Part shown: positions 27,668 through 37,939 of the stretch, piece after piece
Layout of the letters: every line of letters starts with the position of its first letter
Position numbering within the stretch: the first letter of the stretch is position 1
NCBI GenBank assembly: GCA_934202505.1
Contig: CAKPXW010000001.1
Coordinates: 1-63,215 of the forward strand
Direction: 5' to 3'
Length of the DNA: 63,215 nt
Source: an uncultured Bacilli bacterium
GTDB taxonomy: Bacteria; Bacillota_I; Bacilli_A; RFN20; CAG-631
The notes under the pieces: generated by a model
Databases searched by the model: none
What the model saw: the letters and a program-made list of their open reading frames with translations, nothing else
What the model was told of the DNA's origin: nothing
Made by a program: the position numbers and the translations under genes

Positions 27668-29527
27668 TTAATTCATATTATCAAGTTTAAGCATTAATTC
27701 TTCAATATTTTCTTCCAATTCTTTTATTTGATGTTGCATAGTTCGATATTCTATCCAATTATAATCAGTATCTTCATTGATTTTTTCATTTAATGCTTCA
27801 AGTTCATCCATTTTTTTATTAATTTCTTTTTCTAATTTTTCTTTATCTTTAGAATTACTTTTATTATTGCTTTTTTCTTTTACGATTTTTTCTTTTTTAT
27901 CTTCTTTTTTTAATGCATAAGAAAATTCATCATCAACAATATCATGTAATTCTTTAAAAGTTTCATAATTTCCATTTTCCATTATATATTTTCCGTTTTG
28001 AATATATATAATTCGATTAGCCACATGGTTTATAAAATATCTATCATGAGAAACCATAATTATAGTTCCAGGATAATCATCTAAAATTTCAGCAACAACT
28101 TTTTTGGTAGAAAAATCTAAATGGTTAGTAGGTTCATCTAAGTATAAAATATCATAATTCCTTAAGGAAATTAAAGCAAATATTAATCTTATCTTTTCCC
28201 CACCTGATAGATTGCTTACATTTTTAAAAACATCATCATCAGAAAATAAAAATCTTCCTAAAATATTTCTAACTTGTGTATTATCATATAAAGGAAATTC
28301 ATTATGTATTGTATCAAAGACATTTAATGACGGATTTAATAGTTGTTGTGTTTGATCAAAATAAAAATATTTTAAGTTTTCTCTAACATCTTTATTAAAA
28401 CCAGAAATTAAATTTTTATTTGTCATTAAACAATTTAATAATGTGGTTTTTCCACAACCATTTTGTCCCATAATGCAAATTTTATCTTGATTCTTTATAG
28501 TTAAGTTTAATGGTTCTGTTAAAGGTTTATCATATCCGAAAACTAAATCTTCACAAATATGCATTTTTACCTTTTCTTCTAAATTTGCAGAAAACTTAGC
28601 ATGAATCACTTTCTTTTTAGCATTTGGTTTTTCTATTTTTTCCATTTTATCGAGTTTTTTCTCTAATGATTGAGCAAAAGAAGTTTTAGTAGGTTTAGGT
28701 TTAAATTTTCTTATTAACATATCATAACGTTTAATTTCTTTTTCTTGTAAATTATAACGTTTCAAAGCTTGTTCATACATCATTTGCTTTTGATTAGCAT
28801 AAAAGGTATAATTTCCTGAATAAATGGTCCCTTTATGATTTTCTATTTCTAAAACTTTGTTAGCAAAATTATCAATAAATACTTGATCATGGGATACAAT
28901 GATAACTGTTCCCGGATAAGTTTTTAAATACTTTTCTAGCCATTCAATCATTACTAAGTCTAAGTGATTTGTTGGTTCATCAAGTAATAATAATGATGGT
29001 TTATTTAATAATAATTTTACAAAAGAAGCTCTAGTTCTTTCTCCTCCAGAAAATGTTTTTAATTTTCTATTGTAGTAGCTTTCATCAAATCCAAATTTAT
29101 GTAACATTTGTTGAATTTGATATTTATATTCATATCCACCTTTATTTTCAAATTGTTCATGTAATTTGGAATACTCATTAATTAATGTTGCATTACTATC
29201 TTTTTGCATTAAATTAACTAATTGTTCCATTCTTCTTTCTATTTCTTTTAAACTAGAAAATGCACTTTCCATTTCATCCATTAAAGTATTTTCAATATTA
29301 TTAAAAACAGTTTGAGATAAGTAACCATAATTATTATCATCAAAAATAACACTTCCTGAATCAGACATTATTTCTTTAGTTATTATTTTTAAAAGTGTTG
29401 TTTTTCCTTGACCATTGTCACCAACTATTGCAAGTTTATCATTTTTATTAACAGTAAAAGAAATGTTATCCAATATAATGTCATCACCATAGCTTTTACA
29501 AATATTATTCACCGTTAATACTGCCAT
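27668..29527 (-). CDS. ABC-F family ATPase (two ABC domains, no TMD; translation-associated)
   Basis: Two Walker A motifs (GDNGQGKTT, GQNGCGKTT), two LSGGE signatures, and a C-terminal coiled coil. Start moved to ATG 29527 (GGAGGG 7 nt upstream). Confidence 0.9.
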   Translation of the reverse strand: MAVLTVNNICKSYGDDIILDNISFTVNKNDKLAIVGDNGQGKTTLLKIITKEIMSDSGSVIFDDNNYGYLSQTVFNNIENTLMDEMESAFSSLKEIERRMEQLVNLMQKDSNATLINEYSKLHEQFENKGGYEYKYQIQQMLHKFGFDESYYNRKLKTFSGGERTRASFVKLLLNKPSLLLLDEPTNHLDLVMIEWLEKYLKTYPGTVIIVSHDQVFIDNFANKVLEIENHKGTIYSGNYTFYANQKQMMYEQALKRYNLQEKEIKRYDMLIRKFKPKPTKTSFAQSLEKKLDKMEKIEKPNAKKKVIHAKFSANLEEKVKMHICEDLVFGYDKPLTEPLNLTIKNQDKICIMGQNGCGKTTLLNCLMTNKNLISGFNKDVRENLKYFYFDQTQQLLNPSLNVFDTIHNEFPLYDNTQVRNILGRFLFSDDDVFKNVSNLSGGEKIRLIFALISLRNYDILYLDEPTNHLDFSTKKVVAEILDDYPGTIIMVSHDRYFINHVANRIIYIQNGKYIMENGNYETFKELHDIVDDEFSYALKKEDKKEKIVKEKSNNKSNSKDKEKLEKEINKKMDELEALNEKINEDTDYNWIEYRTMQHQIKELEENIEELMLKLDNMN

Positions 29528-29630
29528 AACATTTCCCTCCAAGCATTATAATTATAGGTGTTTTATTCCATTTTCACAAGAAAAAAGTTAAGGGCTTTGA
29601 ACTCTTAACTTTTATTAATTTAATTATTAA

Positions 29631-29864
29631 TTAGCAAATCCACCAAATGTTTTTATTTGTTAATACACATACTAAGTCAACAATCCATAAAATAACAAAT
29701 CCGCCACATAGTAATAAGATAACAGATAGAACAATAGCTACAATATTATTAGCAGCAATACTCTTGAATAATCTAATTAGATTCCCATATGCTCCCCATA
29801 ATAATACTAATAATACTCTTACAATCCAAGGTAAGTTTTCTAATGCTTTAACTAAATCTTTCAT
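29631..29864 (-). CDS. Small hypothetical membrane protein (2 TM)
   Basis: 77 aa with two hydrophobic helices and an SD upstream. No family recognised. Confidence 0.55.
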   Translation of the reverse strand: MKDLVKALENLPWIVRVLLVLLWGAYGNLIRLFKSIAANNIVAIVLSVILLLCGGFVILWIVDLVCVLTNKNIWWIC

Positions 29865-29919
29865 TTTACATATCTCCTTAATACAATTTATTATTTATTT
29901 TTTAAAAAAGAACTTATTT

Positions 29920-31104
29920 TTATTCATTAGTAGAAGTTTCTGCATTTTCTTCTTCTATTCCTGTTTCTGCTGCTGTAGCAACTTTTTCTTTCTTATAAAC
30001 TAAACGATTTGTTGTAGTTGGATCAAAGAAATGAGTTCTACCCATATCAAATGTCATATTTACTTTATCATGAACTTGAATATCATTATTTGCAGAAGTC
30101 TTAACAATAATTCTTTGTCCGTTCATGTATCCATAAACAATTAATTCGTGACCTAATAATTCTACAACATCACATTCAACTTCTGTTGTTGCTCCAGGAT
30201 ATTTTTTAATCATATCACCTGCAACATAAATATCTTCAGGACGAATACCTAAAACAACTTCTTCATTTTCATATCCTTGAATGTTTAATTTTAATTCTTC
30301 TGGGATGTCAATTCTAATTGCTCTTTGTGTTTTATCACCTTCAATTACAAATTGACCATCAATGTATTTTCCACGTAAGAAGTTCATAGCTGGTGAACCA
30401 ATAAATCCACCTACAAATATATTTGCTGGGAAATTATATACTTCTTTTGGAGTACCAATTTGTTGAATATGACCATCTTTCATAATAACAATACGTGATG
30501 CCATAGTCATTGCTTCTGTTTGGTCGTGTGTTACGTAAATAGTTGTAGCACCAACTCTTTCGTGAATCTTTGCAATTTCAGATCTCATTTGTACACGAAG
30601 CTTTGCATCCAAGTTTGATAAAGGTTCATCCATTAAGAATACTTTAGGGCTTCTAACGATAGCTCTACCTAAAGCAACTCTTTGTCTTTGACCACCTGAA
30701 AGAGCTTTTGGACGACGATTTAAATATGGTTCTAGTCCTAAAATAGCTGCTGCTTCATTAACTCTTTTTTCAATTTCTTCCTTTGGAATTTTACGTAATT
30801 TTAATCCAAATGCCATATTATCATATACAGTCATATGAGGATATAATGCATAAGATTGGAATACCATTGCAATATCTCTATCTTTTGGAGCAATATCATT
30901 AACCATTCTATCATTAATGTATAATTCACCAGAAGTAATTTCTTCAAGACCTGCAACCATTCTTAATGTAGTTGATTTTCCACAACCTGAAGGGCCTACA
31001 AAGACAATAAATTCTTTATCTCTAACATCTAAATTAAAATCAAAAACTGCTTGAACTTTGTTGTCATAAATTTTATTAATATTTACAAATTTTAATGTTG
31101 CCAT
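29920..31104 (-). CDS. Orphan sugar-type ABC ATPase (MsmK/UgpC/MalK-like)
   Basis: GPSGCGKST, LSGGQRQRVALGR, FLMDEPLSNLD and a TOBE-like C-terminus. No permease or binding-protein gene is adjacent. Confidence 0.9.
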   Translation of the reverse strand: MATLKFVNINKIYDNKVQAVFDFNLDVRDKEFIVFVGPSGCGKSTTLRMVAGLEEITSGELYINDRMVNDIAPKDRDIAMVFQSYALYPHMTVYDNMAFGLKLRKIPKEEIEKRVNEAAAILGLEPYLNRRPKALSGGQRQRVALGRAIVRSPKVFLMDEPLSNLDAKLRVQMRSEIAKIHERVGATTIYVTHDQTEAMTMASRIVIMKDGHIQQIGTPKEVYNFPANIFVGGFIGSPAMNFLRGKYIDGQFVIEGDKTQRAIRIDIPEELKLNIQGYENEEVVLGIRPEDIYVAGDMIKKYPGATTEVECDVVELLGHELIVYGYMNGQRIIVKTSANNDIQVHDKVNMTFDMGRTHFFDPTTTNRLVYKKEKVATAAETGIEEENAETSTNE

Positions 31105-31154
31105 ATAATTCTCCTTTAACTAGATATATTATAATCAACTTCAATGTTTTTGTT

Positions 31155-31171
31155 TTATGCACGGTGCATAA
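31155..31171. promoter_or_regulatory. 17-bp palindrome upstream of the MsmK-like ATPase gene (candidate operator)
   Basis: ttatgcac-g-gtgcataa with perfect 8-bp arms. It overlaps the inferred -35 region of a TATAAT promoter on the minus strand. Confidence 0.35.
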
Positions 31172-31175
31172 ATAT

Positions 31176-31724
31176 CTATTTATTTTTACTAATATTAATT
31201 ATCAATTTAAGAAACATTATCGTATTAATATCTCTAATATCAAACCCTGTGTCTGTAGAAAATTGATTTAATCGATAATTCAAAGAATTTCTATGTAGAT
31301 ATAGTAGTTCTGCTGCTTTTAAAACATTCATATTACAATCAATAAATGCTTCAATCGTATCTATATTCTTTTTTTCAATTTCTTTAACTATTTCTCTTGC
31401 ATCATTGATAATATTTTCATCAATAAAATCTACAAATATATCAAATAATGTTGAAACATTATCTTTTCTATAATTTAGATATTTTTCAAACCTTTGATCA
31501 AATGATGGGACAATTAAAATAGAGCAACTAATCATTTCACTCAATTGATTTTTTAAAAAATTTTTTAATATTAAAGAAAAGCCGTCACAATTTATTACCA
31601 TTAATTTTAAAAGATCTTTTTCTTTTACAATTTCTGTTTTTTCTTTAAAAATCACTTTTAACAACTCTATTGCTTCACTATGATATTTATTTTCTATATG
31701 TATGTATGCTTTATTTTCTATCAT
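31176..31724 (-). CDS. PucR/CdaR-like helix-turn-helix regulator (C-terminal HTH only)
   Basis: C-terminal AAELLYLHRNSLNYRLNQFSTDTGFDIRD matches the PucR C-terminal HTH. Start moved to ATG 31724 (GGAG 7 nt upstream). Confidence 0.6.
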   Translation of the reverse strand: MIENKAYIHIENKYHSEAIELLKVIFKEKTEIVKEKDLLKLMVINCDGFSLILKNFLKNQLSEMISCSILIVPSFDQRFEKYLNYRKDNVSTLFDIFVDFIDENIINDAREIVKEIEKKNIDTIEAFIDCNMNVLKAAELLYLHRNSLNYRLNQFSTDTGFDIRDINTIMFLKLIINISKNK

Positions 31725-31793
31725 TTTTGTTCTCCATGCACAAATTATACTCTTTTTTTTATTCAAATAAAAGAAAAAGAGAATTTCTTCTCT

Positions 31794-32549
31794 TTAACTT
31801 ACTTTCAATAATTGTGATTCTATAACACTATCTTGTTTGGCAATTGAAACTTTTATATTAGAAACATCTACGTCCATTTGTTTCATCGTTTCATTAAATG
31901 TTGTCATTATCATCTCTTCACTATTTGCTTCTCTAGAGCGATGAATAAATACAATTTCTTTGGTAGAAGGGCCAATAACATTTCCAAGTACAACAGCACA
32001 ATCTTTATTTGACATATGACCATTTGGAGATAAAATTCTATTTTTTAAATATAAAGGCCTTTTTGTTAACATTAACATACGTGGATCATGATTACTTTCA
32101 ATTAGATATTGATTGCAATTATTAATCATTCTTTGAATATTTTCATGAATATATCCTGTATCTGTTAAATATGCTAATTTTTCATTATTATGTTTGATTA
32201 TAAAACCTGTTGTCCCTGGACTATCATGAGAAGTTGGAATAGTATAAATTTCATAATCCAAAATATTTAATGTTTGATAATAACCAAATAAATGATATTC
32301 ACTCATTCCAGTGGCAATATTCATATAAACAATATCATTAGGAAAAGCTTTTAATGAAAGGCAATGGTCATTGTGTAAATGAGTAACTAATAAAGCTTTT
32401 ACATCATTGATATTTAAACCTACGCTATTCATTCTTCTTTGGATTTCTACATATGAAAGTCCACAATCTATCATTAGCAATTGATGATTATCATTTTCAA
32501 ATATTGTACAATTTCCTGCAGAGCCACTTGCTAAAATGTAAAATTTCAT
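31794..32549 (-). CDS. Metallo-beta-lactamase fold hydrolase (YycJ/WalJ-like)
   Basis: N-terminal ILASGSAGNC.. and THLHNDHC motif. The start overlaps the dnaB stop (TAATG). Confidence 0.75.
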   Translation of the reverse strand: MKFYILASGSAGNCTIFENDNHQLLMIDCGLSYVEIQRRMNSVGLNINDVKALLVTHLHNDHCLSLKAFPNDIVYMNIATGMSEYHLFGYYQTLNILDYEIYTIPTSHDSPGTTGFIIKHNNEKLAYLTDTGYIHENIQRMINNCNQYLIESNHDPRMLMLTKRPLYLKNRILSPNGHMSNKDCAVVLGNVIGPSTKEIVFIHRSREANSEEMIMTTFNETMKQMDVDVSNIKVSIAKQDSVIESQLLKVS

Positions 32550-33934
32550 TACTTATCATCCACCATTTCTACAAATCTACCAATGTGCTTTTGGAACATA
32601 AAGTTAATGGTGGCTAAACTTCCATTTCTATTTTTAGCAATAATAACGCTTGTTGGAGAGTCAGATGAAGCGTTAGGATCAACAGCAGCACTTTCGCCAT
32701 TGATTGCATCTTGTTTTTTACCATAATCTGGTCTATGAATAAACATTACCACGTCTGCATCTTGTTCAATTGAACCAGATTCTCTTAAATTTGAAAGTTG
32801 AGGAACTGCTGGTTCTGAATCTTTTCCTGTTATTTTTGCCGCTTCACGGTTCAATTGAGAAAGGACTAAAATAGGAGCTTTAAAATCCCTAGCCAAAGCC
32901 TTAAGAGCAGCTGATATTGTCGATATTTCTAATGATCTATTATCAGAATTTTTCGACTTTACATCAGGAGTAATTAACCCGATATAATCCACAACAATAA
33001 GCCCAATATCGCCATGACGAGATTGTAATTGATTTAATTTCGAACGCATATCTACTACTTTAATAGCAGGAGTATCATCAATATATAAATTTGTATTTGA
33101 TAGATCTCTAGCTGCTTTATTTAAATAATTTTCTTCTTCTTGATCAAAAGATGCTGTTTGTAATTTACGAATTGGAACTCCACTTTTTGCCGATAAAATT
33201 CTATTTGTTACTGAATCAACACCCATTTCTAAAGAGAAAAATACACAAGGCTTTGTTGTTCTTAAAGCAACACGATATAAAAAGTTTAAAGCAAGTGCAG
33301 ATTTTCCAACTGATGGTCTTGCTGCTAAAATATATACTTCTCCAGGCTTAAAGCCTAACATTAATCTATCAAAAGTTTCATAGCCTGTGGTTAATCCTTC
33401 AACATTTCCTTTTCCAGCTTTTATATTTTTCACTTGTGTTTTATAAGCTTCTAGTGCTGAAGAAATTGAGACAAAATCTCCGACTTTTCTTCTTTTTGTA
33501 ATATCGTTAATATCTTTTTCAATTTTCAATATATAATTAGAATAATCACCTTCTGCTTCTTGTTTCCACTTATTAATTACTTTTTCAGAAGTAAGTAAAA
33601 TTTGTCTTAATATTGATCTTTCTTCGACTGTATTAACATAATACTTTGAGTTTACAACATCAATATATGAGTTTGCTAAATCTAAAATAAATGGAGCATC
33701 TCCTACTTTTTCTAAAGTTCCATCCTTAGATAATTTATCAATTAAAGCATATGGTTCGACTTTAGCTTGACCATTATCATATATTTCTCTTAAAGCCTCA
33801 AAAATAATTTTATGTTCATTAACATAAAAATCTGAGCTTTTAAGTCTTGCTAGTGCTTCAACTAAAGAATCAGAAGAAAATATCATATTAGCAAGAACTT
33901 GTTTTTCTGCTTCAATATTATAAGGTAAATCCAT
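32549..33934 (-). CDS. dnaB: Replicative DNA helicase DnaB (Bacillus DnaC)
   Basis: PYNIEAEKQVL N-terminus and Walker A ARPSVGKSALALN. Start moved to ATG 33934 (AGGAAAG 9 nt upstream); the track start is TTG. Confidence 0.95.
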   Translation of the reverse strand: MDLPYNIEAEKQVLANMIFSSDSLVEALARLKSSDFYVNEHKIIFEALREIYDNGQAKVEPYALIDKLSKDGTLEKVGDAPFILDLANSYIDVVNSKYYVNTVEERSILRQILLTSEKVINKWKQEAEGDYSNYILKIEKDINDITKRRKVGDFVSISSALEAYKTQVKNIKAGKGNVEGLTTGYETFDRLMLGFKPGEVYILAARPSVGKSALALNFLYRVALRTTKPCVFFSLEMGVDSVTNRILSAKSGVPIRKLQTASFDQEEENYLNKAARDLSNTNLYIDDTPAIKVVDMRSKLNQLQSRHGDIGLIVVDYIGLITPDVKSKNSDNRSLEISTISAALKALARDFKAPILVLSQLNREAAKITGKDSEPAVPQLSNLRESGSIEQDADVVMFIHRPDYGKKQDAINGESAAVDPNASSDSPTSVIIAKNRNGSLATINFMFQKHIGRFVEMVDDK

Positions 33935-33950
33935 AATACTTTTCTTTCCT

Positions 33951-34397
33951 TTATGCTTGATCAATTAAAATATTAATTTTTCCAACAATATCTTTATATA
34001 AAACTACTTCTACTGTGGCTTTTCCTAAACATTTAATAGGAGTAAAATTTCTAAAATTTTTCTTATCAACTGTAATTTGATAATCATTTAATAATTTCTC
34101 TTCTATCATTTTAGCTGTTATGGCTCTATGTAATCTATTTTCAGTTCCAGCATTTTCTTTAAAAGATAAAGTTATATTTTTTAATTTTTCTCTTAGAGAA
34201 ATTGCTTTTTCTGAATTTTCAACATCTAGTTTTCTTTCTTCTTCTTTTTGCTTATTAAGTTCCATTAAATTTGCTTTATTTTGTAAAATTGCTAATCCTT
34301 TTTTTATTAAAAAATTATTAGCATAGCCTTCTGCTACATCTACAACTTGGTTTTTCTTACCAACATTTTTAACATCTTGTAATAATATTACCTTCAT
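33951..34397 (-). CDS. rplI: 50S ribosomal protein L9
   Basis: MKVILLQDVKNVGKK N-terminus; 148 aa; lies between gdpP and dnaB as in Bacillus. Confidence 0.95.
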   Translation of the reverse strand: MKVILLQDVKNVGKKNQVVDVAEGYANNFLIKKGLAILQNKANLMELNKQKEEERKLDVENSEKAISLREKLKNITLSFKENAGTENRLHRAITAKMIEEKLLNDYQITVDKKNFRNFTPIKCLGKATVEVVLYKDIVGKINILIDQA

Positions 34398-34400
34398 TTT

Positions 34401-36410
34401 CTATACCTTCCCATCTCTAATATACACTTTTATTTTATTTTCAAGTTCTTCTATAACTTGGTCGATTGTTGTATTTTGAATATCTGTTGCTGCACGAGTT
34501 TTTTCTCCACCACCATGCATAGATTCCATAATTGCTTGAACATTAAAATTTGAATTTGATCTTGCCGAAATAGATACTTGGTTTGGCGATATAGAAGTAA
34601 ATCCCACAACAAATACAGCCTTTGTTTCTCTGGTTGCTAAAAGTTCATCAGCAGTTTTAGCAAGCACTGTCTTTGTAGTACAATCTTCAATTCCATTAGT
34701 CCTAGCAATAAAAATTCCTGTCGTAACAGTTTTAGCAGAATTAATAATACTTGTACGAAGTTTTTTCTCTTCATATTCATCTCTAAAGAAGTCGGTAACA
34801 TCATCTGTACTGGCTTGATAGTTTTTCAAAATCATTGCCATTTCAAAAGTTTTACCACTAGTCCCAGATTTAAAAGATTTTGTATCTAAGGAGATACCTG
34901 CAAGTAAAAATGTTGCTATTCTTTCATCTAGTTCAACTTTCTTTGGTTGATAATATATTAACTCTGTAACCAATTCTGAAGCAGAGCTTGATTGTGGTTC
35001 ATGATATTGGAAAGCTGGATTATTAATAAATTCATCACTATCTCTAATATGATGATCTATAAGACAAACTTCTTTTCCTTTCTCTAATAATTCAGGTTGT
35101 AAAGTTTTGCTTGGTCTATGTGTATCAACAACAATTATTAATGTTTGATCATTCACAAGAGATAATGACTTAGATGGACTAACCGCAAATTTTGCAAGTT
35201 CTTCATCTTTAAATTTTAAGTGTATTGCTCTTTTAGCTTGGACATCTATTGAATCTTCATTTAAAACTACATTTGTTGGAACTTTTAAAGATTTGCATAT
35301 TGCATAGACTCCTAAAGATGATCCAACTGAATCAAAATCCGAGTTAGAATGGCCCATAATTAAAACATTACCAGCATTTTTAATTAAATTAGCAATGGAT
35401 GTTGCATTTACTCTTCCACGGACATGCGATCTTGTTTGTTTAATTTCGTTTTTAGCGCCAACATATTCAAGTGGTTTTCCTAAACAATTTATACAAACTT
35501 GGTCTCCACCACGAGATAATGCTGTATTCAATGCTGCATAAGCAAGTTCACTTGTTCTTAATAAACTAGATGTATTCCCTTTTCCTATTCCAATTGAAAT
35601 AGTTAAAGGGTTGTTATCCTTTTTAGTAATTGCCCTTATTTTATCTAAAATAGAAAAACCAGATTTTTTGATTTCAATAAAAGTTTTTTCTTCACCTAAA
35701 ATCAAAAATGAGTCATTGCTATAAGATCTTATAAATAAATTATTTTTCTTTGCCCAAGAAGTAATTTCATTTTTAACTTCTGACACAAAAGCACTAAAAT
35801 CTGATTCTGATAATGAGGTTATAACATCTTGATAATTATCGATTATTACATGTCCCATAAAAGCTCTTTCAGATTCCACTTTAGCATTTTGAATAACTTG
35901 AGTAGAAACATCTTTTAGATATATAACTTTTAACCCTGTAATAACATTTATTTGGAATGTTTTTCCACTAATTGATGCAAAAACATCTTCACGGCTTTCC
36001 TTTTCTATTAAATCATCAAAATCCGGAATTAATTCATATATTTTTTTACCTAATATCTCATCTTTTTTTAACATTGTAGTTTGGCTAAGCCAGATTATTT
36101 CATCTTCCTCATCGTAAACCATTATTGCAATATTTCCAAACTCAAAAATAGGGCTTACTTCATTTCCAAATATTGAGGCAATGGTAATATCATTATCAAC
36201 TAAGTTTTTTTCAGATTCTGATAAAGAAACACCAATAGCCATCATATCAATTATAAAAACTAATAAAAGATATCCAGAAATATAATATAAACCATACTGA
36301 CTAAATGCTCCCCATAATAAATAGCATAATAATAATCCTATACATCCTAGTATTTCAAAGAAGAACAAGCCAAATATTTTTGCTTTTTTTCTTTTTATTT
36401 TCTTAAACAT
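34401..36410 (-). CDS. gdpP: Cyclic-di-AMP phosphodiesterase GdpP (2 TM + PAS-like + degenerate GGDEF + DHH/DHHA1)
   Basis: 669 aa. DHH motif (IDHHIRD), C-terminal HGGGE, two N-terminal TMs. Synteny matches yybS-gdpP-rplI-dnaB. Confidence 0.9.
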   Translation of the reverse strand: MFKKIKRKKAKIFGLFFFEILGCIGLLLCYLLWGAFSQYGLYYISGYLLLVFIIDMMAIGVSLSESEKNLVDNDITIASIFGNEVSPIFEFGNIAIMVYDEEDEIIWLSQTTMLKKDEILGKKIYELIPDFDDLIEKESREDVFASISGKTFQINVITGLKVIYLKDVSTQVIQNAKVESERAFMGHVIIDNYQDVITSLSESDFSAFVSEVKNEITSWAKKNNLFIRSYSNDSFLILGEEKTFIEIKKSGFSILDKIRAITKKDNNPLTISIGIGKGNTSSLLRTSELAYAALNTALSRGGDQVCINCLGKPLEYVGAKNEIKQTRSHVRGRVNATSIANLIKNAGNVLIMGHSNSDFDSVGSSLGVYAICKSLKVPTNVVLNEDSIDVQAKRAIHLKFKDEELAKFAVSPSKSLSLVNDQTLIIVVDTHRPSKTLQPELLEKGKEVCLIDHHIRDSDEFINNPAFQYHEPQSSSASELVTELIYYQPKKVELDERIATFLLAGISLDTKSFKSGTSGKTFEMAMILKNYQASTDDVTDFFRDEYEEKKLRTSIINSAKTVTTGIFIARTNGIEDCTTKTVLAKTADELLATRETKAVFVVGFTSISPNQVSISARSNSNFNVQAIMESMHGGGEKTRAATDIQNTTIDQVIEELENKIKVYIRDGKV

Positions 36411-36426
36411 ATTATTGCCTCCTTTA

Positions 36427-36990
36427 TTAAATAAATAAAACTAGCATAATTCCAATTAAGCAACCAAGTTGACAAAAGATTGAAATTATTAATGGTATTA
36501 ACTCTATCTTATTATTTTCTTTACAATTTTCTTTACAAATCGTAATTATTTTATTTTTAATAGCTTCTTTTTCTTTGAAGTCTTTACATTCAATAACAAT
36601 TTTTGTTTTCTTTTCATCTTTTTTAAGTAAAAATCTAACATTTTGATATGTATATTTTAAATCTTCATATTTGCTATTTATTTCTTTAAATGAATTATTA
36701 AAAGTTGATGGAGAAATGTTATATCCATTGATAATCCAATACACTCTACTTTTTGAAAAAGCAATATATATAGTTAGAGCAAATGGAAGTAATAAAACTA
36801 AAATAATTCCTACTGTTATGTTTTTAAATAAAATAACTAAAATATCCACTAAAGATATATAAAACAATCCTACATAAAACTTTTCATCCATTAAAAATAT
36901 TTTTCTTTTAAGTAAGCATATGGATAAAATCATTCTATAAGTCGCTAGAGTAAAAATACTAATAAAGAAAAAAAGTAATTCCTTATCCAT
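36427..36990 (-). CDS. Hypothetical membrane protein in the YybS position
   Basis: Four or five hydrophobic helices. Start moved to ATG 36990 (GGAGGAA upstream). Assignment is by position only. Confidence 0.5.
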   Translation of the reverse strand: MDKELLFFFISIFTLATYRMILSICLLKRKIFLMDEKFYVGLFYISLVDILVILFKNITVGIILVLLLPFALTIYIAFSKSRVYWIINGYNISPSTFNNSFKEINSKYEDLKYTYQNVRFLLKKDEKKTKIVIECKDFKEKEAIKNKIITICKENCKENNKIELIPLIISIFCQLGCLIGIMLVLFI

Positions 36991-37092
36991 ATTTTTTCCT
37001 CCTTGAATTATTTTATAAAATAATTCTATCATCTTCTTAATTAAATTACAAATGTGTTATAATAAAGAAAAGAAAATTTTTAGGAGGCCAAT

Positions 37093-37938
37093 ATGAGTAA
37101 AGCATATGCTAAAGTAAATTTATCACTAGATGTTACAGGTATTAATAAAAATGGTTATCATTTATTGGATATGGTTAATTGTACTATCTCTCTTCATGAT
37201 ACCATCAAAATAAAATATGATAAGCACAAAAATGATATCATTATAACTTCGCAAAACAAGCAAATTCCCTTAGATGAAACTAACTCGGTTTATAAAGTTA
37301 TTTTAAAATTCAAAAATTCATTTAATATTTCTTGTGGTATTTATGTTTCAATAGATAAAAAAATTCCTCTAGGAGCAGGTCTTGGAGGAGGAAGTAGTGA
37401 TGCTAGTTGTGTATTAAAAGAATTAAACAAACACTTCAATACAAAAATGACACCATTTGATATGATAAGATTTATTGCTTCTATCAGTTCTGATAGTCCT
37501 TATTTAATTTATGGACATCTTGCTAGAGTTAAAGGAATTGGAGACCAAGTAAGCCCAATTAAAAAACATTTTCCTTATAAATTGTTTATAGTTAAACCAA
37601 AAAGTAGTTGTTTAACAAAAGATATTTTTTCTTCATATTCTTTAAAAAATTCTAAACATATTAATACTAATAAAATAATTCATGCTATTAAAGAAGAAGA
37701 CTTTGCTTTACTTAAAAAGCATTTAGACAATGTATTAACTGATACAGCTATATCTTTAAACAACGATATTAAAGATTGCCTTAACGATTTAAAAATGTGT
37801 GGATTTGAAATTGTAAGTATGAGTGGATCTGGATCTACTTGCTTTGGAATATCCACTTCTTCTTTACCATATAAAAAAGCTAAAAAATTATTTAACAAAG
37901 ATAAATACGACTTATGCAAAACTTATAAAGTAAATTAG
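37093..37938 (+). CDS. ispE: 4-diphosphocytidyl-2-C-methyl-D-erythritol kinase
   Basis: AKVNLSLDV N-terminus and GHMP kinase motif PLGAGLGGGSSDAS. Confidence 0.9.
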   Translation: MSKAYAKVNLSLDVTGINKNGYHLLDMVNCTISLHDTIKIKYDKHKNDIIITSQNKQIPLDETNSVYKVILKFKNSFNISCGIYVSIDKKIPLGAGLGGGSSDASCVLKELNKHFNTKMTPFDMIRFIASISSDSPYLIYGHLARVKGIGDQVSPIKKHFPYKLFIVKPKSSCLTKDIFSSYSLKNSKHINTNKIIHAIKEEDFALLKKHLDNVLTDTAISLNNDIKDCLNDLKMCGFEIVSMSGSGSTCFGISTSSLPYKKAKKLFNKDKYDLCKTYKVN

Positions 37939-37939
37939 T

